A program made the position numbers and the translations under genes. Under the pieces are notes generated by a model. The model saw only the letters and a list, made by a program, of their open reading frames with translations. It was not told the origin of the DNA and ran no database searches. Positions 51,067-64,000 of a stretch of DNA of 64,000 nucleotides are shown piece by piece. Source of the stretch: Malacoraja senta (lineage: Eukaryota); assembly GCA_038087875.1 (NCBI GenBank), contig CM075988.1:26538001-26602000 (forward strand). Direction: 5' to 3'. Each line of letters opens with the position of its first letter. Within the stretch, counting starts at the first letter, position 1.

Positions 51067-54000
51067 TGGTCCCAATTTGTTAACGATATAGAGACTGAAA
51101 TGTTAAAGCTAGTCTACCTCACTATCCCAGATTCCATGAGAAGATACTGGAGTCATTAATCCCTCTCATCTATTCGACCAATCTTTCAGCCTTAGATTCC
51201 CAATGACCACTGCTTTGACAGGTCCAGCCTGCAGAATGGGTCTGTGTAGAATCTCATCACTATCCCAATAAAACTGGGGATGACCAATAGATGCTGGCGT
51301 TATAGCATCAGCTCAATGTAGAGAAGAAATAGATTTGTCAGCGTTATCAAAATGGTGAAGCAAAGCAGAAAGAAACGGAGCAACAGTGAGAAAGTGTAAA
51401 GGGGAAAAAGAGAATGATCCAACCCATTCTGCACCATGTTCAATGTGTTGGAGGGAACTGCAGATGCTGGTTTACATCGAGGATAGACACAGAGTGCTGG
51501 AGTATCTCAGCGGGACAATAGACAATAGGTGCAGGAGTAGGCCATTCGGCCCTTCGAGCCAACACCGGGACAGGCAGCATCTCTGGAGAGAAGGAATGGG
51601 TTAAGACCTTTCGGGTGGAGACCCTTCTTCATTGGTCATGCAGCTTTGACATATTTAGAATTTGTTGTTCCATTGCCTTTAAAGTTCTTAACCTTTTAAC
51701 AAGTTGTTTTTTAAACTACATGCAAATACATTGTCCAGTTGCAAGCATGCATCAACGTTGCAACTGGACACTTTATGATCAATTAGATTCACCACTCAAA
51801 CCTCGCATCAGAGTGACTGACATGTTAATTCTTTGCTCAAGCCAACAGAACAATGACTCGCAGGTTTGGAGGGACATTAACCTGGACACTCAGAGCATGC
51901 CGAGTCATTCAATAGATGAGACAAGGTCATGACCACACAGCCAGCTCCTCTGAAATTCAATGCCCTTAATATCACCTCTCCAACGGGCCACCACACCTCC
52001 AAGTGAGAGATCCTCTAATGAATCCCACCAGGGCACCTTGCACAAACCGTCTGGCTAGTTGCTTGGGGAGGAATCAGATGCTGCTCGGACCCTTGAAGCA
52101 GACCTCCAAAGAACACCAATGCCACGTGAGGCGATGAGAACAGACAGGAGAACAGACTCAATTAAGCGGCCAAATGGCCCTCAACTCGTTGGTTTGAGAG
52201 CAGAGAACAAAGCAGTTGCCCACCCAAGTCACAGATCCTGCCTAACTACGCCAGGCCAGGGGAGGAAAGCTTGCCAGAGTATATAGGAGTTAACAAGCCT
52301 CTCCCACTCACAGTCATGTTTGACACAGGCAATAAATCCAACATTTATGTCTTCAAAACATATGTTTGAACACCTAATTTCTAAATTTAAGAGGAACACA
52401 TACTCGTAAATCTCAGTTTCATTTCAAACGATAGCAGATTACAGCCGTGTGTTAAGGAGCAGTCCTAGAGTTGGCCAAATAAATCAGAAGTTTTTTAAAC
52501 CCACGCTGATCAATCTGCCATACATAACTCCTCATGGGCACATGGTGCTGTGCAGTCACCAGCCTTCTGTGCTTCCAGGGTGCAGAAATAATCAAACAAA
52601 TTGTACCGGCTGACTGGGACAAACGTTGTGTATTCCCCGCACAGGCCTTCGCTCCCACTGAACATCTGTCCCAGATCGTAAATGAGAGATAGTAGAGACA
52701 TCAGCCATCTCTCTGGTGTACGTGGCAGAGGCTCGTTATACAGGCAAGAAACTATCCTACCCCCTCTCCCAAAGAACAGACAGACTATATTCATTTTCCA
52801 TCCATATGCCAAATGTTTGTAATTGGTGACTCTAAATTCCACAGCTCCTAATACTCAGTTTAGACTTTATCTCCATTTACCGAGATATGTCTTGTTCTCT
52901 TGTTCTTGTTCTCCGATCTGATTCCTCCAACTCCCATCCAGCTAAAATGTTCAGTGTTATCATTCATTGAAATTCTGGCGATATTTCTTTATTGCAGCAA
53001 TTACTTAAGTCAATAACCAACTTTATGTCCTTGTATAATCTTATCTCCCACACCTTCCCTCCATCTAGTCTACAATACAAAAGTCACTACAATTTCAGAA
53101 GAATGTTATTGTGTGTAAAGTGCCTTGACATCATGTATATAATGGACAAGATGTGGGATGAAGATTGCAGGAGTGTGGAAACTAATGAGACTTGTCGTTT
53201 ACAGCAGTTCAAGGCTGGGAACAAGATCGTAGTGTCTCGTTGTTGGCCTGCCTCTCTCCGCTTTCACTCGAATCTTAGATTATATAGAGAACTGATTCCA
53301 CACAGAGGTTGGTGGGTATATGGCATGAGCTGCCATGGGTGGAGGTTGAAGCAGAAACCATAACTTGTAAAAGCACTTGGACAGGTACATGGATAGGAAA
53401 GATTTAGAAGAATATGGGTCAAACGTGGGCAGGTAGGACTAGTTTAGATGGGGCATCTTGGTCGGTATGGGCAATCTGGGCCAAAGGGCCTGATTCCATA
53501 CTGTGTGGCTCTAATAGATATCCTGAATACATTGAGAGGTGGGGGGGAGAAGCAAGCAGAAATTCCAGGCAAATATCCCAGAGCACTTTCCACCAGGTTC
53601 AGGAACACTTCTTCCTGGCTGTTGTCAGATTCCAGGACAATCCTCCCATAAACTAGCATGTCATCATGATCTTCCAACCTACCTCCTTGTGGACCTTTCA
53701 CTTTATAACTAATATTGTAACACTATATGTTGCACTCTAGTATTTTCTCTTTCACTACTTGCTGTCCTTGTGCACGACTAGATTGCCCTCCAGTAGAATA
53801 CGATTCAACTCGATAGCACGCAAAGCAGCGCTCATCGCTGCATCTCAGTAGACGTGATAATAATAAGCTAACAACTATTCTCCCACTGGTGGGGAAACTA
53901 GCAACATGAACCTGGTCTGGATACAGGGGCTACAAGGCCGTTAGAAACACACCAATGGGAGCAATTGAGATCTGCCCTTCAGAGAGAAGGCAATAACATG

Positions 54001-54799
54001 CGGTGGGCAGACATGACCCCGTGAGAATGGGAGCATGTAGAGGAAACTGTAGCAGTTGGGAAAGACTGCAACATTCCGCAATTGGGATCAACCACTTAAC
54101 TATTTCCCACCAACTCCACGGCAATGAGCTCTCCATTTCTCCAACCCCACATTTTACAATCAGGCAGCCCATTTCGGGAGAGGGGGAGACACACAGACCA
54201 GCAATGTTGGCCATTCGGCCCTTTGTGAATGTGCCAGCACTCCAATTACTCGCACCCCTCTGTGGTTTCCATAACCCTGCAATTTTATTTTTTTAATTTA
54301 TTTTATTTATTTATTCCGAACAAGTAAAGACATTAAAGACATTGATATTAACAAAATCGAAATGATCAAACAATTGAACATTGCAATCAACATTTACAAT
54401 TGAGAAGAACAAAATCAAGGTTCCAATGTCCAACTCAGAGTCTGTACAAGCTCTGAGTTATCTTCTAATTTATCTTCTAATATTTATCCTATTCAATGTT
54501 CTAAAAATGCTGTCAAATCTGTTTTATTCTAATTAGGCAATGCATTCCAGAGCAGAAGTGGTATAATCTACCTCCTTGTGTCACCCAAGGGTTCCTTGCC
54601 AATCACTTTACAACTTTCCAGGTTCATAACTAAAGTAAATTCCTTGTATGCGAATACTTGGCTAATAAACTTATTCATTCATTCATTCATTCGTGATAGG
54701 AGAAGAATTAGGCCATTCGACCCATCAACTCCACACCACCATTCAATCATAGTTGAACTATCTCTCAACCCCATTCTCCTGCCTTCCCCCCATAACTTC

Positions 54800-55392
54800 T
54801 GAGTATAGAAGTTGGGAGGTCATGTTGCAGTTGTATAAGACGTTGCTGAGACGCATTTAGAATATTGTGTTCAGTTCTGGGCACCATGTTATAGGAAAGA
54901 TATTGTCAAGTTGGAAAGGTTTCAGAAAAGATTTACGAGTATGTTGCCAGGTCTAGAGGGTGTGAGCTACAGGGAGAGGTTGAGTCGGCTGGGTCTCTAA
55001 TCCATGGAGCGTAGGAGGATAAGGGAGGATCTTAGAGAGGTGTATAAGATCATGAGAGGATTAGATCGCGTAGAAGCAGCCTCTTGCCCAGAGTAGGGGA
55101 ATCGAGGACCAGAGGACATAGGTTTAAAGTGAAGGGGAAAAGATTTAATAAGAATCCGAGGGGTAACATCACACAAAGGGTGGTGGGTGCATGGAACAAG
55201 TTGCCAGAGGAGGTAGTTGAGGCCGGGACTATCCCATCGTTTAAGAAACAGTTAGACAGGTACATGGATAGGACAGGTTTGGAGGGATATGGACCAAGCG
55301 CAGGCAGGTGGGACTAGTGTAGCTGGGACATTGTTGGCCGGTGTGGGCGAGTTGGGCCAAAGGGCCCGTTTCCACACTATCGCTCTATGACT
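54800..55392 (+). mobile_element. CR1-type LINE 3' fragment
   Basis: PRVGESRTRGHRFKVKG...TQRVVGAWNKLPEEVV; tail GGGCCAAAGGGCCCGTTTCC. Abuts an opposite-strand CR1 tail at 54696-54798. Confidence 0.85.
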
Positions 55393-56022
55393 AACCCCTC
55401 ACACCCGTACTTTGCCCGATTCCCCATCCTTTTGCCACCGAGATGGTTTCTAACTACTTCATCAAAATTGAGTAAATAATTTAAAAAAATGAGCAGAGGT
55501 GGTCAAGATTGGTTTGTGGACAAGTTAGTTTCTCCAGACCTCCAACAAGCCTCAACCTCAGCATCTTTGTGGTAAATCTCCCTTGCCCCCTCTCCAAGGT
55601 GCTGCCACCTCTGGGACAATGCCCTGCATTGTACAATCCTCCTGCTGAGACCCAGCACGGTGCACAGAGGTTTCACATTATTTCCTTTCGCCCTCCATTA
55701 ATAAAGGAAACAGGTTGTCCAATGACCTCAACAGTCCTCGCATCCCGGTACAGGTGCATTTAGATGCTCCCATTTCTGGGCCAATGGCAAGAATTGAAGA
55801 GAAGGATCGTCTCCACTTATCCCACAACTATCAGCAGCTCGTGTAACCAGGTACTGAGCGTAGCAGTGGCAGCACAGACATGACCATGGGGCTGACGGAG
55901 CCATCTCCTGGGTGAGGGGTGCATGAAGATTAATTCTCCAGGTGCATGGAAACAAACCAGTGATTCACAGAGAAGATCAACTAAATTAAATAAATATCAC
56001 TCTTAACACACGGCAATGTCAG

Positions 56023-56552
56023 GAACATAGATACATAGATACATAGAAAATAGGTGCAGGAGTAGGCCATTCGGCCCTTCGAGCCTGCACCGCCATTCAA
56101 TACGATCATGGCTGATCATCCAACTCAGTATCCCGTACCTGCCTTCTCTCCATACCCCCTGATCCCTTTAGCCACAAGGGCCACATCTAATTCCCTCTTA
56201 AATATAGCCAATGAACTGGCCTCAACTACCCTCTGTGGCAGAGAGTTCCAGAGATTCACCACTGTGTGAAAAAGTTTTTCCTCATCTCGGTCTTAAAGGA
56301 TTTCCCCCTTATCCTTAAGCTGTGACCCCTTGTCCTGGACTTCCCCAACATCGGGAACAATCTTCCTGCATCTAGCCTGTCCAACCCCATAAGAATTTTG
56401 TACGTTTCTATAAGATCCCCTCTCAATCTCCTAAATTCTAGCGAGTATAAGCCAAGTCTATCCAGTCTTTCTTCATATGAAAGTCCTGACATCCCAGGAA
56501 TCAGTCTGGTGAACCTTCTCTGCACTCCCTCTATGGCTATAATGTCCTCCCT
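56023..56552 (-). mobile_element. CR1/HER1-type LINE 3' fragment
   Basis: QRRFTRLIPGMSGLSYEERLDRLGLYSLEFRRLRGDLIETYKIL; (CATAGATA)n tail. Same subfamily as 37253-37790. Confidence 0.88.
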
Positions 56553-56654
56553 CTATGGCTATAATGGCGCCTCCTTCACTGAAGTTGAACGGACTTAAGA
56601 GGACTATTGGAAACTGCAGGTTTGAGCCCCTCACAATACTTTGGTGTTTTGGAA

Positions 56655-56780
56655 AGACCTGCAGATGCTGGTTTACATCAAAAGGTAGACACAAAATGTT
56701 GGAGTAACTCAGCGGGACAGGCAGCATCTCTGGAGAGAAGGAAATGGGTGACGTTTCGGGTCGAGACCCTTCTTCAGACT
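56655..56780 (-). repeat. Penelope-derived short repeat with an intact minimal hammerhead core
   Basis: Minus strand 56777-56750 reads CTGAAGA-A-GGGTCTCGACCC-GAAACGTC. Further copies of this family lie near 2468, 4110, 21135, 26535, 27000, 31150, 33270, 34800, 38880, 43120, 48140, 51450 and 61485. Confidence 0.82.
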
Positions 56781-57389
56781 TTGGTGTTGGGGTCGCAAGC
56801 TAACCAGGTAAACCACCAGACGTCCTTCCAGTATTAAACCAGCTGCATTTTTATGCCAATCCAGTAGTTTCATGGCGACTCTTACCACGAGGCAGCACAG
56901 TGGCACAGCTGGAGCAGCTGCTTCACACGCCAGAGACCTGGGTTCACTCCTGAGTTTGAATGTTTTATCTGTGACCACGTGGGTTTCCTCCAGGCGCTCT
57001 GGTTTACGCCCAGGTGCGGGTTTGCAGGTTAATTGGTCTCTGCCGGTACGTAGGGAGTGGATGAGAAAGTGGAATGACATCCATTATTGTGAATGGGCAT
57101 AATAACACAACGTAGACACGTGGTCTGTGTGGGCTGATGGGTCTGTTTCCATACTGGATCAATCAATCACTGTTGTGGCTTATTACATTTTTGTTTCATT
57201 ATATGAGTTTAAGTTTTCCCAACTTTCGAAGTCATGACTTTAGATTCTTAGTGCAGGCGTGTGGATGAGTCGCCTCAACATTAATTGGACTATCATATCC
57301 ATGACATCAAAGGGCAGACGTAATGTAAAAACAAACGGCATTAATATGGCAGGCAGCATGATAATAAGCATGGGTCCACCACTTTGTGA

Positions 57390-57595
57390 CCAACAGACCC
57401 CAATCAAGCGTTCTCAGCCCCTTTACACCTTGTACACCCACAACTGTGCAGACATGTAGCAATTTATACATTTGCTGATAACACCAGTATGTGGGGCGGA
57501 TATCAAATAACGATGAGACAGAGGACAGGAAGGAGACGGAGAACCTCGTGACCTGCTGTCGAGACAAACTTTCTCTCAACGTCAGCAAGACAACT
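57390..57595 (+). mobile_element. Decayed Rex1/Babar-type RT fragment
   Basis: Frameshifted pieces read VLSP.YTLYTHNC, FADNT, ISNNDETE and LSLNVSKT. Confidence 0.65.
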
Positions 57596-59203
57596 GTGGT
57601 CATGACAATGGCCAATTGCATTTACATAAGCCCAGAAATGTAATAATTGGGTTGATTTCAGGGGTCAGATCTCACACTTAATCCTTCATCCACCCGACTA
57701 GAATCAAAATTGGGGTCAACAGATTTCACCCGTTAATTCCATCATCAAATCAACAAAAACTTTTGTTAAAGTGAAGACAAATTTCAGAACTTGCCACCGT
57801 CAGTCACCACAAAGGGACCGGAGCCGTTTTATAACAAGTGGCAACCACAACCATCTCAAACCTCAGCATTTAATAAGAAGAAACAAAAACCACAGCATGT
57901 TGGTTTGTTGTTTTTCTCTGGGAGTGCATCAGGTACACCAACATGTAGCTTTGTTCATTAATATTACACGCCCTGATCTGATCACCTCTATTGTTCAAAA
58001 CTTAAATCCAAACTGGGTCAGGCCAGCCATGCCCTACTTCACAACCTACCACATGCACCAGAGTGTTCCATGTTAAACAACATCTTCAGCAGCCCAGTTA
58101 CATTTCCAAAATGCAAGATGCTAATCCAATTTTCCTTCTATTCACTCATCATCCCACTTTCAATATATTCTCCCACTTCCAATTCAAAACCTGTGCTGAT
58201 CGTTCCCCAGACTCTTCCAGCTGGAAATCGCCATGCTCTTCCATTTCCAAACCATCTAACACAAAGCAGCCCTCAATCACTCCAAATATTCATGACCAGC
58301 AGTAACACACGTGGCTGTAGACTGTGCAATCGATAAGAAAATAGACTGCAGCTTCTTGCATAGACGTCTCTAAACACACTTGCTAAACCCACGCCTTTAG
58401 CTACCAAGGACAAGAGACCTAGAGCACATTAAAATACCACACCCCCCAATCACCAACATTGGTTCCCAACAAGTCACACATCATCCCAACTTGGAACTCC
58501 GGTACATCCTGGAACACTCTGCTCAACAACACTACAGGACAACCTTTAGAGAAAGGTTGCAGTCCTTCACGTTGGCAGATCATCGGCACCTTGTACGAGT
58601 GAGTTTATTGGGGACTGGCAACAGATAGTGGCTGCACCAGCCATGTCCACCGCATAATAAACCATTCTGCTCCAGTGCTATACCGATTGTTTTGCATAAT
58701 TCACTAATCCATGTACCCACATCACTGCCCACAAGCTAATGCAGGTTAAAGGGGGAACGAGCTATAGAGCGGCAAGCAGTGGAATAAAAATCAGTTTGTT
58801 AACGTCATTGAATTAGCAATAATGTAATTATTGGTCAAATATACCTTTCTAGAAGACTGTAGGCTTACGTTTCTGTACGCTCATGTTGTCAGTCTCAACT
58901 CTAGATTTATCCGCGTCTTGGACATATTTAATTGTGGCAGGGAACATTTATAACATCAGCTTGTGGTTTACAATCCCGTTATCAGAGACCAAACATGCCA
59001 TTAGCTGTTCAGTCAACTGTAGCCTACTTTGGCAAGCAACTGTGTCTAAATGTGGCACAGGCCGACAGCACTAGAGTAATAAACTCACTCATACAAGTCT
59101 GCTCAAGCTTTTTTGTTAAAGTAGCAAACAAATTAACCTTCGAAAAATATAATTAGCAGCACGACTCCAAATACAAACCGCTTCCAGGTGTAAAGGGACA
59201 GCC

Positions 59204-59405
59204 CGAAAAATCACCTATCCATGTTCTCCACAGATGCTGCCTGACCCGCTGAGTTACTCCAGCACTCAGTGAAACATCACCTATCCATGTTCTCCACAGA
59301 TGCTGCCTGACCCGCTGAGTTATTCCAGCACTCTGTGAAACGTCACCTATCCATGTTCTCCACAGATGCTGCATGACCCGCTGAGTTACTTCAGCACTGT
59401 GTCTA
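59204..59405 (+). repeat. Three tandem 66-bp Penelope-derived units
   Basis: TCACCTATCCATGTTCTCCACAGATGCTGCCTGACCCGCTGAGTTA repeated three times. Confidence 0.85.
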
Positions 59406-60826
59406 TCCCCCTCCAGAAGACATGGTCAACTCACAGATTCACACCTGCATGGAAACAGGCCCTTTATCGTGTGTCCATACTGACCATCAGGAAGCTCATC
59501 CTCATTCTGCCACTAACCTGTATATTAGAGGCAACTTACAGTAGACATTTACACTGCCAACACACACATTATTTGGGATGTGTGCAGAAGCTGAAGGAAA
59601 CCCACGGGAGATGGTGTGAACTCTGCAGTCAGCAGTGGAGGTCCAGAAACTAATGGGGTCCATCACACAGTGAAGTAGCAGTTCTATTCATCGTGGACCT
59701 GCACCACTCTCAGCTTGGAGAATGTCACAATGCCACCATAGACCCAGGGAAGATGGATTCTCCCAGTCACAGCTGGCATCATCAGGACCTGGGAATCTAG
59801 CCAAATGGGGGAAAGGAGACAAAGATTAAGCTGAAGGGGGGCAGGAGGGTCCAAGCATCCTGCCCAAGTTGTCAAGTTTATCACCATATGGACAAGGACA
59901 GTGAGATGCAGGTAGAAACTCCACCAAGGTGGACCTAATCCACAGACGTTGGGTGATAAATGTCAGAAGCTAGGCCCATCCCGAATGAACAACCACTCAC
60001 AGCTGGAGATGCCCATTTCCAGCAAAGATGCTAAGCTAATGTGGAGTTTCCCATCCCCCAGCCATGTGCAGACAAGCTAATTATAGCACCCCACTCAGCC
60101 AAGATCAACACTGGCAAGTGGGCAACATTACATCCCTCTCGTCTGAAAAACACTAAAAGATACTTGGGGTGGCCTCTAGTGAACAATGAGACCTTCCAAA
60201 AACTGAACACGTTCTAATGGTTAATGAGAGGACTGATGTGCAAATTTGTCACACAATCTAAACTTAGGTGCAAGAAGAGTTGGAGATGAATATTTTGCTT
60301 TGCATTGTAGGACATCCACCTTCAGATCTCATCAAAACAAAGTACAAAGGATGTTTACTTAAGACTTAGAGTTCTAGGCAGTAAAATCTTTCTCAAGGGA
60401 ACCAAATCTCCATCAGTATAGCCAAACACCGTCTACAAACCATCTGTGGGTTCCCACCGGCACTACTGAACAAACACAGGAGAATCCTGTTGGAATATAG
60501 TAATTTTTAGAACCTGCAGCTTCACTCTCCCTTTTACTAAACCACCCACTCACAAGTAGTTCAAGCAATTCCACCAAAGGCTTATTTATGCCTGGCCATC
60601 TGCACACTCTTCCTCAGCAGCCACAGGTTGAATGAGCTCACAAAAACGTGAATGAATAGAGTAGGTGGATGAATGAAAGCATGAATGAAATGAATGAACA
60701 AAATGATTAAGCAATATTCCAGCAATTAGTTGCACCCCCTCTGAATCTGGCACTATGAAATGCATTGCAAGATTTCTATTCTACCATCTCAGACCTCAGA
60801 GTTTTTTATGAATTTCATATTAAGTC

Positions 60827-61302
60827 AAGGGTTGCCAACTTTCTCACTCCTAAATAAGGGACAAAAGGTCAAAATAAGGGACAAATTCCGGACGGCAATT
60901 CGTTGACCGACTCAGCCATGGCTGGGTGAATGATGAGTTGGGCCGCGTGCTAGACTGCACACAAAGCCCAGCCGGCGGGCGGGCCAGCTGAGGAGTTTTG
61001 GCCCAGCACCCCATCCAACTCGTGAACCGATGATCGGCCATGAGAAGGAGGGGTGGTGGTGTCGCCGGTAAGCGAAGGTCAGACAGCTGGCCAGGATGCC
61101 GACCGACGGGGCCACGGGCGAGGCGCTGCTGCACTACGTCGGGACGGGTGAGGTGGGGCCGGACGCGGCGCTCCGACCCAACAGTCCCCTCGACCCGACT
61201 AGTAGCAGTCAAATACGGTACAAGGGAGTTCCTGTATGGGACAAACCAATTTAGCCCAATATACGGGATGTCCCGGCTAATACGGAACAGTTGGCAACCC
61301 TA
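60827..61302. mobile_element. Non-autonomous hAT-type MITE (476 bp)
   Basis: TIRs (A/T)AGGGTTGCCAACT at both ends. 8-bp TSD ATTAAGTC (60819-60826) versus ATTAAGAC (61303-61310), one mismatch. Subterminal AAATAAGGGACA/AATACGG repeats and a CpG-rich interior. Confidence 0.88.
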
Positions 61303-61739
61303 ATTAAGACTCACCAGTGCCTTAACCCGTTTATTTACCCTGGGAGCAATGATCCAGGCAGACCAAGGCCGCAACTCTACCTCCATCAGTTGCTGCAAGC
61401 TTACACAAGGCACGTCAGAAAGATACAATCTGGCAGATATCTTCCCACACCAACAGAAGAGACAATATTGACGTTTAATATGTGTGGGAAAGAACTGCAG
61501 ATGCTGGTTTACACCTAAGATAGACACACAATGCTGGAGTAACTCAGCGGGACAGGCAGCATCTCTGTAGAGAATCCAGAGATGCTGCCCATCCCGCTGA
61601 GTTAGAGAGAACAGATATTTACACATTCAATAAGTTGGTGGGTACGAGAGGAACACAGTTTGTCACAACTTTGGGATGCAAGAATGTTTGTTTCTCCACC
61701 ACCTCCCTCAATATCCCCCTGAACTCCCTCTGAACCATC

Positions 61740-62185
61740 AGAGCGAAGGCCATGGACGTCAACAGAACCAACAAGCTGATCAGGAAGGCTGTCTCTGTCC
61801 AGGGGGTGGAGTTGGATTCACTGGAGAAAGTCTTGGAGGGGAGAATGCTCCTCAAACTGCGGAGCATCTTAGACAACACTGTCCACCTCCTCCATGACTC
61901 ACTGGTCAACTTGAGGAGCACCTTCAGCAACAGACTGGTGCCACCAAGATGCAGCACAGAACGCCACAGGAGATCCTTCTTCCCTGTGGCTATCAAACTA
62001 CAACTCCTCCCCCTTCTGCCATGGGCTAGACTGATTCCCCTCCCCAATCTTTGCCCATCCCCAATTCTGGACTTTCCACGTCACTATAATTTCATGTTTG
62101 ATAGATCTTGTTGTGTTTTATGACTGTTAGCAGACCAATGTCCCTCCTGGCATAAATACAGTTCTATCATAGTGTCGTATCGTGT
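61740..62185 (+). mobile_element. Rex1-like LINE 3' fragment (second lineage)
   Basis: NKLIRKAVSVQGVELDSLE...RMLLKLRSILDN...RSTFSNRLVPPRCSTERHRRSFFPVAIKL, with a short (TATCG)-like tail. Confidence 0.72.
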
Positions 62186-64000
62186 CACCTGCACTCAGTG
62201 ACAGCTACAGTTATTGGTCTACACTCCACTACAATCCCATTGAGGCAGAGTGCCATGCTGTCCCCCACACTGTGAGTGGACAGATACAAACGAGGGCACA
62301 GGAAAGGAGAATCACACCCTCCCCAAGAATAACTTGGTTGGTTTCAAAACACCTGTAGTCAGCTAAATTGGATGGGTTCAGCCTTTAATACTCGTCTAGA
62401 GTCCGCTCTTGTTGACTTGTTGTATTGAGCTCAGTCCCTCTGAACATTGCGCCAACAAACAATGCCGGGTTGCTTTTTTATGTTTACCTATAAAGAACAG
62501 TCCATGCTTTTCACTGAAGTCATATCAAACAAACCTTGACATCTCAAATCACAAAGATTACCCAGAGACTGGGTCATACAGAGGGGTTACAAAGAACACC
62601 TGAACCAGTTTTCTATCTCCATCATTGAAGAAGGGTCCCCAACTCTTCATATCATCTGCCCATTCCTCTCCACGGATGCTGCATGACCCTCTGAGAATCT
62701 GCAAGAGTCTTTTTGTTGAAAGTGCTTTTCTCTCTTGTCTATGGATTTCAGACTGAGTAACAGCTCAAAGAACTAAAAACCAGATCACTGATAACAGAAC
62801 CAGCAGGAGGGTTTGCCCTCGGCAGCAAACATTAACTAATACAATGTGGAATTAGAATAGGGACTGGAAGCTCATTCAATAGTGGCGAGAATAAGATAAT
62901 TTTTCTGAAATAAAGACATATTTACTGAAATTTCGAGTTTATTTGGAAAGCCCTTTTCAGGAGACAGCGAAGAATGGTTGGACGTAATCCTGGATTCTAT
63001 GAATGGAAGAATCTCCCCATCGGATTGCTCCTGGGCCTGGCCAAGATGCCCATTCACGGGCCCAGGCAGCAGGCAGGCGGTCGAGAGCTGGCTCTGCCAG
63101 AGTACACTGCCTGCCCCTCCTCCAGACCCATGTCTGGACCAGTCAGAGAGAGCTCGCAGTGTCCACAGGGACACCAGGCCTTTCCTGAACGCTGGTCACC
63201 ACAGGTCTCCAGTACAGCGTGGTGATTGATGATCACGTTGTCATTTGCCGATTGATATTTGCAAACTGTAAGGCAGTTTTGATATATGCAGTACTTTGTA
63301 ACTGTGATTATGCAATAAATGCTCCTGGTTCAAGGATAAGAAGATCTTTGGGCAGTTTCCCCAAAGTGACTCACAGAAGCGCAAGCAGTGACCACGCTGC
63401 AGAGATGAACAGATGAACAGCTGGTCGGAAACTACACACTGCAAAGTAAATGTCCTCTTAGCAACTCAGAATAATAGTGTAGTTAGCCTGTGATACAACA
63501 CAGCCACACTTACGATGCCGTCCCGTGACAATTCACAAGTGCTGGTCTTGCACTAAGTATTAGACGCGTCCCTGCACATTACACCAGGTGACCAAGCTCA
63601 CAAACCACTACTTCCAATAAGAGGGGGACACGGAGAGGAAATCCCAGCGGGGAATTTTGTTGCTGAATCAAAGGTGGAATGATAAGGTTTTAATCTGCAG
63701 GTTCCAGCCTGACTGGAACCACACACCTTGTCGCCCTTGGATCTTCTGCCTTCATGTCCCAGACCCTGACGCAAGTGATTCACCAAAAGATAATTGTCTT
63801 TAAAAGATACAGACTAGGTTACATCTGGATTCATAGATTGTTGCCATTTGGCCCATCAGCTTTGTGTCAGCTCCTTGCAATCTACTCAGTCCCTTCCCTT
63901 AGCCTCTTTCACTATGACTCTGGTTTGAATCCAATTCCCATCTCATAGCTCCCAGCATCGAGCTTGCCCCAATCCTGAATCGCAACTTCCAGATTATCAC

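Overview
Eukaryotic, repeat-rich vertebrate DNA. The repeat content (tRNA-derived V-SINE/HE1-type SINEs, CR1/HER1-type LINE tails, abundant Penelope-derived short repeats) points to a cartilaginous fish, probably a skate or ray (inference). The only host coding sequence I can support is a 98-bp internal exon on the minus strand (32963-33060). It translates to KMHSGMKTYGCDLCGKRFLDSLRLRMHLLSHS, the ZF1-ZF2 exon of ZBTB16/PLZF, and it is absent from the ORF track. The rest of the window therefore appears to be two very large ZBTB16 introns: at least 30.9 kb upstream and, unless the next exon lies in the 200-N gap or was missed, at least 32.9 kb downstream. These introns hold a hAT transposon with a perfect 8-bp TSD, a hAT MITE, a decayed L2 RT, a Penelope GIY-YIG fragment, Rex1/Babar and CR1 fragments, minisatellites, a CpG-rich island and a 200-N gap. 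Most worth follow-up: (1) the Penelope-derived repeats carry minimal hammerhead-ribozyme cores and occur as fold-back hairpins and 66-bp tandem arrays; (2) one insertion appears to have captured flank DNA from a sister copy 7 kb away; (3) a telomere-repeat insertion with a target duplication; (4) candidate steroid-response and enhancer elements. I found no CRISPR array or other prokaryote-type system, and I cannot claim a truly new biological system from sequence alone.
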